In this document: positions 48,791 to 61,219 of the stretch, in pieces
Layout of the letters: the number at the start of each line of letters is the position of its first letter
Position numbering within the stretch: position 1 is the first letter of the stretch
Program-made: the position numbers and the translations under genes
Source of the DNA: Paecilomyces variotii
Taxonomy: Eukaryota
Length of the DNA: 64,000 bases
Strand: one strand, 5' to 3'
Assembly: GCA_004022145.1 (NCBI GenBank)
Contig: RCNU01000006.1
The notes under the pieces: model-generated
What the model was told of the DNA's origin: nothing
The model's input: only the letters and a program-made list of their open reading frames with translations
Database searches by the model: none

Positions 48791-51700
48791 TGGCGGTGCT
48801 ACTAGTTAGTGTGACTGTATACTAATAACTTGATCTCGCTAGCGAGAGCTTTTTACCTGTGCACAGTACATACATATTTTTATACTAGAAAGATCAGTGT
48901 CCTTTCACTTTTATAATAGGTGACTAGATAGAACTTAGTAACTAGTTAACTAGATAGTTATCAGATCTATGTACTAAACATCTGCGTATATTACTATTAG
49001 TTATCCTGAAGTATCATTGTCCTTACTGGAATCAAAGGGTTACAAGTGCAGTGGGATCAATTACCCAAACTCGGTAATCGGACGCTATATGCAGTACCTA
49101 ACTCAACTACCGCTAAAATCAAACACCGATCTGATCTATTATTAATAGTTCATAGGATAAAGAGAAAGAGAGACAAAAAGCAAAGAATAAAGAACTATTC
49201 CTATATTCTAATAGAAACGACACATACAAGATAAAAGAACTATACTAGTTAATCCTAGCAATAATTCAATAAGCACAGTACTACTATCAAGTAGTACAGT
49301 ACGAAGTACAGTACTTAATACATCCCACCCGTTCGCACCACGATAGTAATAATCCTGCATGTTTCGCATTGCACCGCAGCGTACTTGCATATGGTATTTA
49401 ATAATTATTATTACCCGCCTGTCTTTTACTTTACCGTATCAATGAAGCAATGGGAGAGAAAAGCGATATTTCGCCGATAATCGAGCCTCGTCGGTTTTCG
49501 GGCTTTGCGGCGATAAGAAAGCAAGTTAATCGGGAAGGTCGGTCGGTTGGTCTAGTTAAATAATAATGACTCGATTTGGGAGGAAATGTTTCACCATTTA
49601 GGGACTTTGGGGTTTTCGACTATATGTTTTGTTTTGTTTTCTTTTCTTTTATGTGATGTTTTTATTATTAGTGTTAGTAGTAGTGGTATAGATATACTTT
49701 TGCTCTAAGTGAGGGGTCCTTTGGTTTATTTGTCTTTAATTTTTAAATAATATGTAATACCTATTCGCAGTAAGAGTACCTAAGGATAGGACACACGATC
49801 AGATACCGAAATACATTCGAAGCAATTATTAAATAACTTTAGCCTATAAAATTTGTACTGGATAATTGGTAGTTATAACCTCCAATTGGAATTGCTCGTG
49901 TGAGCATCCAGTTTTCTCGTTAGCGGTAAGGCTGCGTAAGTCAGTCAACCCCGCTATTTGAGAATAGAAAGGTCTAGGAGACAATAATAATAGTCAGTGA
50001 GTTGAGTATCGGAGAAAGGAGACTTCTCCGGCCATTACTACTGCCTGCTTTACTGCAGGACAATACTCCATAGTAACGATAGGTAGTTAGTTAGCCAAGT
50101 AACTAATTACCTAGACATCTCGCAGAAGAATAACCAACTAGATAGTTAGTTTATCTTCTTGCTTGGTCTTAGAGTAGAGTACAGGTAAAAACGCCCGGAG
50201 ACTTCCGATGGCCACGGCGTCCTCCAGGGAACTTCTCGGTGAGCCCAAAGAGGAGAGACGAGCACGCGGCCAGTCGGGAGAAATCGGATGCGGAAGGGCG
50301 GCAGTTGAACAACGCTGTCATGTGACCAGCACTCCTGCCCCTCCCGACACGACACAAGTTGGCGGACTGCAGTGCTCCGTGTCTGCTGGTCAAAGTCCGA
50401 GGAAGAGGAGAGAGACAAATAAGTTAGTAGTAGTAACTATGTGAGAGAGGGTACGGAGTAGTCTGCAGGTGAGTCACCGCAGTTTTGTTAGTGAATTAGT
50501 CTAACTCGTTGGTTAGTTACAGTAGCATTATTGGGTAACTGTTGTTCACTACTACTCCGTATAGAATATAGACTCTCTGCGTTGATCGGCCGAGAGAGAA
50601 GATGTCGACGAGTTGACTTGACCGGCCGGCTGGAAGTATAGATAGCAAAGAAACGTCCTCTAGAGGGTCGAACTAGATGCCACTGTCGCGCTTAAAAATG
50701 TTACAATGGTCACTGGTTGCATTGCTCGTCCCGCCACCCCGCGAAGTAGTTCTGACTATGTGAAGTTTAATTGACCTTAACTTAATGGTTCGCAGCGATC
50801 CAGTTGGCAGTCGACCAAAACCCGGGAGGACGGATCGTTGGATCTCGAGGAGAGAGACCTCTCAGGGGCAGGACCCTGCGGACATCCATCGATATGCGAT
50901 AAAGACGTTCGATGACCTCTAAATATGACCTTTACAAACGCCGTGGTCCAATCAGCATGAGGACGTTAAATGCAAGGTGCAGCGTTGGCGCACCGACATC
51001 GGGGTCGGCAGCGACAGTTGATTAAGTTGATCCCTCGCGCTAGTTCGAGGACATCGAGACGTTGACTCCAGGAGGGTCCCGGAGCAGACCCCGCGAGTCG
51101 GATGGAGAAGAAAGTGGAGGGGGTGTGGGTGCTGAAGTTGGAGAAATCTGGTAGCAAGTAGTAGAGTAGTGATTATTTCACGGATAACTCCCAGGAAGAC
51201 GCGGATTAGCAATATGATCGTGTCCGCAGGCGAGGCCGTACTTCTACCCCGGCTTTTGTAAGTTTTCCTGACCCTGTAAGTAATGCGGTTACGATGTCGT
51301 CCTTTGATGATCGTCTGCTGGTCCTCCCCAGCGTGGGGTAGAAATGTCAATTGCAACACTTTTCTGTCCTCCTTAGGCCGGAGAGCTAGAAACATATGCT
51401 GCACCCTGCACGACGCACGTTCCGGTGGCTTGAGGATGGGCACAGGGTGCACCGTGGACGACTTCGGCGCATCCTGCACTGCCTACCTGCCAACCAACCC
51501 TGCCTAAGTGAGTCGTAGCTGGTCGATGATCTGTTCTCTCTTTTCGCTGGCAAGCAGATCTTCGTCTCGCCAGGAGTCTGAGTACTCCAGTCTTGTCCGC
51601 TGCTCGTTTATGCGGGGCTTGCTCTTGGATGCCTCGAGATGCTGATCGACCCGATCTCCCTGACAAGCGCCCACCCTCATCTTCGTCTGCGAGCCAAAAG

Positions 51701-53404
51701 TTATTACATACATCCATCACAGCGATCCTGACGTCTGCCACTTCCACTTTTTGCCATCTCTATGATGTCTTCGAGACGACTACTCCGTACTCTGCGTATT
51801 GCTCTCATATCTGCACTTGGAGAACAGATAATGTGAACCCCCACCTTCGGATTGTCTAGAGTATACCGTAGAGACTGGTTATGGGTCATGAAGTCGGGGA
51901 GTGGAGCACGCTGCTCCAGGAGAACCACCGGATGGACCGCGGGAACGACTCCAAACTGTGGTGCGAAACAGAAAGTCGTGTTGTAGAGCAGACCATACAT
52001 GGTGGGAAGCACTGCGATGTCCGCTTTTCGGCAGGCAAAGGAGGAGTACTAGTAGCCATCAGCATCGGCCATGGCTGCCATCCTCTAGCCTCGTCTCGTA
52101 GTCGAGATAGTAGTCTAGTCAGTCGCTCCTCTGCTCCGAGCAGACACGGTTCGTCAGACTGACCCTGCGCCCGAGGGCAGCTCCGACCGTCGGATTCGGG
52201 GAGCGACTCCATCATATCAGCGAGCACTGTTAATATTATTCCGCTGGTGATTGTCTGTTCTTTTCATGTCACTGGATCAGCAGGGCGTGCTGTGACTGGG
52301 CGGACTGAATCCGGACGTGCTCCTCGGCGGAATCCCTGCCCTCCTGTGAGCAGCCATGTAAATAATACCGTCCCAATACGCCAGCCGTCATAAAGCGCCT
52401 AGTGGCCGGATTATGCCCCACCGGGTGGGCCTTGACGTAGCCAGAGTCTAATGTTTCTGGGTAAAAGGTTGAAACCCCTTTGCCCTGATTGGCCCGCCTT
52501 GTCTTATCTCTGCCTGCAGCACCGTATGTGGAAAGCTTCGATCGCGAGCAGCGGGCGCAGGCAGATCGATGCCATGTGCCCCGGGAATGTTGCTCGAGGG
52601 CGAAAACTGTCACAAACAGCTCTCGAGAAGGATACTATATATATGGTACGAGGCCGTAACAGGACAGAATATCAAGTAATGAAACCACGGTACCCGGGGG
52701 AAGAAGGAGATTGCTGTATCCCCCAGGTTAAATGAGATGTCGTGTAGAAGGATGGATACTAACAAGAGTACCCAGAAAGAGAGACAGACCAGTCCGTGTG
52801 TAGCAGCGGAAACCACAGAACGGGGCCAAATACCAAACCTCCGAAAGCCGCTGCCGCCTGCAGACTGTATTATTGTAACTTCTCCAGAAGCGGGATAGAC
52901 AGGCAGAGAAAGGTAAAAAAGGCACATTGACCTGACTGTTCTCGGACCAAACCATCCAGGCATAGCTCTGCTCCCGTCACCAGCTTGCAGCAACGCTTGA
53001 GATCCATTTGCCACGGCGGAAGAGTCTCCAACAACCCCACAGCCCGTGGTCTTTTTTTGGGCCGCTCACCCAGACCATTTGAATTGCCGGTCCTGCCCGT
53101 GTCGGTCTCTTCTCTCTCCTCTTACTCTTCTCTTCCCTCTCTTCTTCTCTCTGCTTCACTCCTTTCTCGATTCCTCTGAACAGCGAGCCGCTGGGTTGAT
53201 AGACGTTTCTTCTTTTTACTATATACCCCTTCCCAGTAGCGTTGTCGCTGACCACCCCCCGGTTGTCGTGACGACATCCCCTTATCTTATATCGTCCCGC
53301 TTTCTGAACACCCCGCCCGCGGACACAGAAGACGGCGAATAAATAGGCACTAAAAAAAGAAAAATCGATAGTCATTGCATTCTCTGTCGGTCGCCGGCGG
53401 AAGA

Positions 53405-56400
53405 ATGGGTCACTTTGAGGATATCTATGAAAACACGATAGAAGAGCAGCCGCACGAGTACTCGGTGTACAAGCCAGAGAGGGGTTATGGATGGGCGGAG
53501 GCCTTGCCCGCGCGGCAGGGTCTCTACAACCCTGAACTCGAGAAAGATGCCTGCGGTGTAGGATTCACAGCGTGAGTACTGACTGGTTCTGCTGCCGTCA
53601 ATGGGCTGGGGCTGTGCCTCATTATGAATAAACAACTTCTGACGCGTGGAGTGCAGCCATATCAAGGGCAAGGCAAGCCACAAGATTGTTAGCGATGGTA
53701 AGGTTTCCCTGGATGCAGGATTTCTTCAGTGTCTGTAGATGAGGATGCTGACAGATCGCAATTGATAGCCCGTAACCTGCTTTGCAACATGACCCATCGA
53801 GGAGCGGTTGGCTCTGATGCTCGAGACGGTGACGGCGCGGGCGTGATGACCAGTATCCCGCACAAGTTCTTTGTGAAGAACTTTGCTCGTGACGCCGGAG
53901 TCGAGCTCCCTCCATTGGGACAGTATGCCGCCGGTAACTTGTTCTTCAAGCCCGATAACGACGCACTGAAGGAGTCCACGAAGGCGTTTGAGGAGATTGC
54001 GCAGTCATTGGGCCTCCGGGTACTCGGATGGCGTGAAGTCCCCCGTGACTCGACCATTTTGGGGCCTGCTGCTCTCTCCCGTGAGCCGGTTATCCTGCAG
54101 CCATTCGTCGTCTTGAAATCAGCCTACGGTGACGGCAACAAGCCTGAGATCACCGATCCAGAGAAGTTCGATGACAGACACTTCGAACGACAGCTCTACG
54201 TCCTACGGAAGCGCGCAACCCACGTTATTGGTCTTGGAAACTGGTTCTACCTGTGCTCCCTCAGCAACCGGAACATTGTGTACAAGGGTCAGCTGGCGCC
54301 CGTCCAGGTCTACCAATACTATCATGATCTGGTCAACGTTGATTACGAGGGCCATTTCGCTCTCGTGCACTCTCGTTTCTCCACAAACACATTCCCCTCG
54401 TGGGACCGCGCACAGCCTTTGCGATGGGCTGCCCACAACGGTGAAATCAACACCCTGAGAGGAAACAAGAACTGGATGAGAGCCAGAGAAGGCCTCCTGA
54501 AATCTGAGATCTTTGGTGACGAGCTGGAGAGCCTGTACCCGATTGTTGAGGATGGCGGATCCGACTCTGCCGCTTTCGACAACGTCCTGGAGCTGCTCAT
54601 GATCAACGGCGTTTTGTCTTTGCCCGAGGCTGTGATGCTCATGGTTCCCGAGGCCTGGCAGGATAACCCAGCCATGGACCCTGCAAAGGCAGCCTTCTAC
54701 GAATGGGCTGCTTGTCAGATGGAGCCGTGGGACGGTCCTGCTCTCTTCACCTTCTCAGATGGACGTTACTGCGGTGCCAATCTGGACCGCAACGGTCTAC
54801 GCCCTTGCCGTTATTATGTCATGGATGATGACCGTATCGTCTGTGCCTCTGAGGTCGGTACCATTGATATCGACCCTGAGCGGGTCGTTCAGAAGGGCCG
54901 TCTACAGCCCGGAAAGATGCTTCTGGTGGACACTGTTGCTGGTCGGATCATCGATGATTCTGAATTGAAGCACACCGTTGCTCACCGTCAAGACTTTGCA
55001 GCATGGTTGGACAAGGAGTTGCTCAAGCTCCCAGCTATCAACGAGCAGCTTCTCGCTCAGAACGTGGATCTTAGTACTCCTCTTGATGACCTGACCGTCC
55101 AGAACGACCCTCGCCTGAAGGCTTTCGGCTACTCTTTCGAGCAGGTCAGTCTGCTCCTGGGCCCTATGGCAGCAGACTCAAAGGAAGCTCTGGGATCTAT
55201 GGGTAACGATGCCCCCCTAGCCTGTCTGGCTCAGCAGCCTCGTCTGCTCTACGAGTACTTCCGTCAGCTCTTCGCCCAAGTCACGAACCCGCCCATTGAC
55301 CCTATCCGTGAGGCCATTGTCATGTCTCTGGAGTGTTATGTCGGCCCCCAGGGTAACCTGCTCGAGATGGAGCCTTCTCAGTGCAACCGACTTCTGCTGC
55401 CAACTCCTATCCTCACTCTCGGCGAGTTCAACGCCTTGAAGAACATGACTACCATTCACAAGGACTGGCCAGTGCGAACCATCGACATCACCTTTGAGAA
55501 AAAGAAGGGTGTTCAAGGCTATATCGACGCCCTGGATTTGATCTGTGATGCTGTCACCGAGGGCATTCAGAATGGAGACAAGATTCTGATCTTGTCTGAC
55601 CGTGCCACTGGTCCTGATCGAGTTCCCGTTTCGGCTCTCTTGGCCACTGGTCTCGTCCATCACCACCTGGTTCGCAACAAGTGGAGGTCCCTGGCCGCTA
55701 TCGTTGTTGAGACTGCAGAGGCCCGTGAGGTCCACCACATGTGTGTCCTTTTGGGTTACGGTGCGGATGCCATCTGCCCCTACTTGGCTATGGAGTGCAT
55801 TCTCAAAATGAACCACGAAAAGCTCATCAGGAAGCAGCTCAGCGACGAGAAGGTCCTTGAGAACTACAAGGCATCCTGCGACGGTGGTATCTTGAAGGTG
55901 ATGAGCAAGATGGGTATCTCTACGCTCCAGTCTTATAAGGGCGCTCAAATCTTCGAAGCTCTGGGTATCGATGACAGCGTTGTTGATCGCTGCTTCGCTG
56001 GCACTGCTAGCCGTATCCGAGGTCTGACCTTCGAACTCATTGCCCAGGACGCTTTCGCGTTCCACGAGCGTGGATACCCGTCACGCCCCATTGTCCAGGT
56101 TCCTGGCCTTCCAGAATCTGGTGAGTACCATTGGCGCGATGGTGGTGAACCCCATGTGAACGACCCCGTCAGCATTGCCAATATCCAAGATGCCGTCCGG
56201 ACGAAGAACGACAAGTCTTATGAGGCATACGCCAAATCCGAGCATGAGCAGATCAAGAACTGCACGCTCCGTGGTCTGCTCGACTTCGATTTCGAGCAGC
56301 GCACCCCGATCCCCATCGATCAGGTCGAGCCCTGGACGGAGATTGTGCGACGCTTCGTCACTGGTGCTATGTCCTACGGTTCCATCTCCATGGAGTCGCA

Positions 56401-59400
56401 CTCTACCCTTGCCATTGCCATGAACCGTCTGGGCGGGAAATCCAACACTGGTGAAGGTGGAGAAGATCATGAGCGCAGCAAGAGATTGGAGAACGGCGAC
56501 ACGATGAGATCCGCCATCAAGCAGATCGCCTCTGGCCGATTCGGTGTTACTTCCGCCTACCTGGCTGATGCCGATGAGCTCCAGATCAAGATGGCCCAGG
56601 GTGCCAAGCCCGGTGAAGGCGGTGAGCTCCCCGGTCACAAAGTCTCCGGACCAATCGCGCGCACCCGTCACTCCACCCCCGGCGTCGGTCTGATCTCTCC
56701 GCCTCCGCATCACGATATCTACTCTATCGAGGATCTTAAGCAGCTCATCTACGATCTCAAGTGCTCCAACCCTCGTTCTCGTGTCTCTGTCAAGCTCGTG
56801 TCCGAGGTCGGTGTCGGCATCGTCGCTTCGGGTGTCGCTAAGGCCAAGGCTGACCACATCTTGATTTCCGGCCACGATGGCGGTACCGGTGCCTCGCGAT
56901 GGACTGGTATCAAATATGCCGGTCTGCCATGGGAGCTGGGTCTTGCAGAGACCCACCAGACCCTAGTCCTGAACGATCTTCGCGGTCGTGTCATTGTGCA
57001 GACTGACGGTCAACTCCGCACCGGACGGGATGTAGCCATCGCCTGTCTGCTTGGAGCTGAAGAATGGGGGTTCGCTACAACTCCTTTAATCGCAATGGGC
57101 TGTATATTCATGAGGAAATGCCACACAAATCAGTGCCCTGTCGGAATCGCAACTCAGGACCCTGAGTTACGCAAGAAGTTCAGGGGCACTCCCGAACACG
57201 TTATCAACTTCTTCTACTATGTCGCAAATGAGCTCCGTGCCATCATGGCTAAGCTCGGTATCCGTACTATCAATGAGATGGTCGGCCGTGCTGAGCTGCT
57301 GAAGATGAGGGACGATGTCAAATCCTCCAAGCAGGAGAACATCGATCTGTCCCTCATTCTGACACCGGCGCACTCCCTGCGCCCAGGTGTTGCGACATAC
57401 AACGTCCGGAAGCAGGACCATCGCCTCCACACCCGTCTCGATAACAAGCTCATTGCGGAGTCCGAGCTCGCCCTGGAGAAGGGTCTGCCTTGCAGAATTG
57501 AGTGCGACATTGTCAACACCGACCGTGCACTGGGTGCCACCCTGTCATACCAGATCAGTCGTCGCTACGGTGAAGCTGGTCTGCCTCAAGACACCATTCA
57601 CGCCAACATTAAGGGTTCCGCGGGTCAATCTTTTGGTGCCTATCTTGCTCCTGGTGTGACACTCGAGCTCGAGGGAGATGCCAACGACTACGTCGGAAAG
57701 GGTCTCTCCGGAGGCCGTCTCATCATCTACCCTCCTCGTGGTGCTGTTTACAAGTCCGAGGAGAACATCATCGTCGGAAACGTCTGTCTCTACGGCGCTA
57801 CTAACGGAACATGCTTCTTCAGAGGTGTTGCAGCTGAGCGCTTTGCCGTCCGCAACTCTGGTGCTACTGCTGTTGTGGAAGGTGTCGGTGACCATGGTTG
57901 TGAGTACATGACTGGTGGTCGTGTTCTGATCCTGGGCTCCACTGGACGTAACTTTGCTGCTGGTATGTCTGGTGGTATCGCTTACGTCTTGGACGTGAAG
58001 CAAGACTTCCACTCAAAGGTCAACTTGGAGATGGTTGAAGTGAGTGGTCTGGAAGACCCAGCTGAGATCGCCTTCGTCCGCGGTTTGATTGAGGACCACC
58101 ACCACTACACCGGCTCCGAGCTAGCTGCGCGCATTCTCCTTGACTTCACTCGTGCACTTCCCCGCTTCGTTAAGGTTCTCCCCATTGATTACAAGCGAGT
58201 CATGGAGGAAGAAGCTGCCAAGGCTAAGGCTGCCAAGAAGGCTGAGTTCTCTCTGCCTCAGCTGCCAGGTATTCCTGCCAGTGTCGAGAAGTCACATTCG
58301 ACCCATGAGGAGGGCAAGAAGGCTGATCTGCTCGACATCGAGGACAGCGTCAGCGATTCCAAGACCGAGAAGAAGCGTTCCGCCCTCATTCTAGACAAGA
58401 CCCGGGGATTCATGAAGTACAAGCGTCGCAACGAGAAATACCGCAACCCAGCCACTCGTACACGTGACTGGGCGGAGCTTTCTAGCCGCCTGAACGAGGA
58501 CGAACTCAAGTACCAGTCCGCTCGCTGCATGGACTGTGGTGTTCCTTTCTGCCAGTCTGACACTGGTTGTCCGATTTCCAACATTATTCCTAAATGGAAC
58601 GAATTGGTGTTCTCTAACCAGTGGCAGGATGCACTTAACCGTCTCCTCATGACCAACAATTTCCCCGAATTTACCGGACGTGTGTGCCCGGCTCCTTGTG
58701 AGGGTGCGTGTGTCCTGGGAATCAATGAGGATCCCGTCGGTATCAAGTCTATCGAGTGTGCCATCATTGACCGTGGTTTTGAAATGGGCTGGATGGTCCC
58801 CAAGCCGCCTCCTGTGCGCACCGGCAAGACAGTTGCCATTATTGGTTCCGGCCCTGCTGGTCTCGCCGCCGCTGATCAGCTTAACAAGGCCGGTCACAGC
58901 GTCACCGTGTATGAGCGCGCTGACCGCATTGGTGGTCTGCTCATGTACGGAATCCCCAACATGAAGCTCGACAAGAAGGTCGTCCAGCGTCGTGTTGACT
59001 TGATGGCTGCTGAGGGCATCAAGTTTGTCACCAGCACTTTCGTTGGTCCCGACTCGGATGTCTCCCTGCAATCGCTGCGTGCGTCTAATGATGCCGTCGT
59101 CATCGCTACCGGTGCTACGGTTGCGCGCGACCTGAAGGTTCCCAACCGCGAGCTCGAGGGTGTCCACTTTGCTATGGAGTTCTTGCACCGCAACACCAAG
59201 TCTCTTCTCGACTCCGGCCTGGCCGACGGCGAGTACATTTCTGCCAAGGACAAGCACGTTGTTGTCATTGGAGGTGGAGACACTGGTAATGACTGTATTG
59301 GTACTTCAGTCCGCCACGGTGCCAAGTCCGTGACCAACTTTGAGCTTCTACCCCAGCCTCCGCCAGAGCGTGCCCGGGACAACCCATGGCCCCAGTGGCC

Positions 59401-59992
59401 GCGTATCTACCGTGTCGACTACGGTCACTCGGAAGTCAAGACTCACATGGGTAAGGACCCCCGTGAGTACTGCGTCATGTCCACGGAATTCGTCGGCGAT
59501 GGAAACGGCCGCGTCAAGGGTATCAACACCGTCCGCGTCGAATGGACTAAGAGCGCCTCCGGCGGCTGGGACATGAAGACTATTGAGGGCAGTGAACAGT
59601 TCTTCCCCGCGGATCTCGTGCTCCTCTCTATGGGTTTCTTGGGACCCGAGGACCGTCTCCTCGGCGATGAGATTGAACGGGATGCCCGCAAGAATGTCAA
59701 GACCGCTCCAGGCCAGTACGCGACCAACGTTCCTGGTGTGTTCGCTGCTGGTGACTGCAGACGTGGACAGTCCCTCATCGTTTGGTAAGTTATTCTATCG
59801 GGCTTACACACCGTAACCACTACTGACTTACGATCTAGGGGTATCAATGAGGGTCGCCAGGCTGCTCGCGAGATCGACACTTACCTAATGGGTATCGGCT
59901 CTCAGCTCCCTGTTACCGGTGGTATCGTCCGCCGTGCTGCTGTTGACTGCCTCCCTGAGACCACGCAGAAGGTCCAGCCTGTTGCTGCGTAA
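53405..59992 (+). CDS. GLT1: Glutamate synthase (NADH-GOGAT), fused large and small subunits. Exons 53405-53571, 53657-53697, 53769-59784, 59839-59992
   Basis: EKDA|CGVGF Ntn-amidotransferase start, [35 protein letters not shown] domain ([26 protein letters not shown]), 3Fe-4[13 protein letters not shown], beta-subunit [10 protein letters not shown] and GSGPAG. Three canonical introns. Confidence 0.98.
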
Positions 59993-61219
59993 ATGAACGG
60001 CAATCAGTTCTACGCGTAGCGGTTGGTAGCAGGTCTACCCCAAGAAACTGTCGACAAAAGTGTTTTAAGGCACAGTTCAGGGCCTAATTCTACAAGTTGT
60101 GAAATGACAGTTGTGATACGTCTTGATATCTTCCATTCTCCGTGGAAGTTGTGGCAAGTCGTCTGGATGTAAAAGGTAAAAGAACGAAAAGTTTTCTCAA
60201 ACGGCGGGAACCCAAAAAGTCGATTTGCAAAGCGCGGATAAAATTGTTTGTATTGGATATGGAAAAACCAAACAATATACCCCCCTCGCTTTCTGTTTGC
60301 GCCGGTCATCTGATGACAAGTACTGGCGCATGTTTTCGCTCTCCTTCTGTGTCCTTTGGCGAGATCTTCTGTACGCCGGGGTGGAATTCACTGGACACCC
60401 CCATTGTTTCTGCTCTCGGGGTCAGCATTGTCGATGCTCCCCCGTGTCCTGTACTGGATGGTTCTGTTTGCATGGATGGACACGAGATATGGCAGCATTA
60501 CTACGTCTGGGGAGGCACTATGCATGTTTTATTTGTTTGCAGGTTTTATTGTCTTTTCCCAAGTTTCTGCTCTAGGATGTGACCATGATGGCTTTTGCAG
60601 CATTTCTCATATGATTATGCGGATGTCTAGCAGTTTAAGCGTTCTATATTGCTTCATGTTGTATATATTCAGTTCTATATCATACCTTATCCACTTTGCT
60701 CTTGTGTCTAGTATTTTAAGTAGCGAGTAAACTGGCTCCTCGAATAGTCCATAGCTGCAGCAATTCACTTCAAAATCACTAGGTCACGGCGGAAAAGACC
60801 TGAGCTCGAAGTTGACTCCAGCTAAGGTAGCACCTACGAACTGACAGTCCTGGATTTTACTTGCATTAACATTACTTATCATACCCAATAGTCTTTACAT
60901 CAACCATAAAGATCACCTAAGAATATCTCTATACTGTCCAGAGACTGACGTGGTGTTCCTTTAGCAGGAAGCGGACTAGACTCGAGCCTTTCCCCGACGC
61001 GTTAAGCGGTTCCGTCCATTACGGTAGCTTTCCTTTCAACGCCGCAGCTTAGCTCTGCCCTGACAACTATTCCCAATCGGCAACTTAATTATATGGCCGA
61101 TTCGACTTATTGTTGAAGTTTCCCTGTGTCCGATGTATTATATTCGTCTCTGATCTAGTTTTTTTCATCGATTGAAAAAAGAGTGACTCGAGGAGCAAGT
61201 CAAGTCTAGACAACAGACA

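Noticed and set aside
48834..48847. 14-bp palindrome TCTCGCTAGCGAGA
   Set aside because: A few palindromes of this length are expected by chance; no associated element ends or target-site duplication.
50952..52227. Several 90-175 aa ORFs on both strands upstream of GLT1
   Set aside because: No domain similarity or codon bias, and I could not splice them into a coherent protein.
43400..53400. Possible transposon or Starship-type element in the long intergenic and AT-rich regions
   Set aside because: No transposase, reverse transcriptase or tyrosine-recombinase ORF, and no terminal repeats or target-site duplications found.
55217..59382. Long antisense ORFs (up to ~290 aa) opposite GLT1, and similar ones opposite sun1, ETF-alpha, the LYR gene and APC15
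   Set aside because: Expected shadow ORFs from strong codon bias on the coding strand; no recognisable domains.
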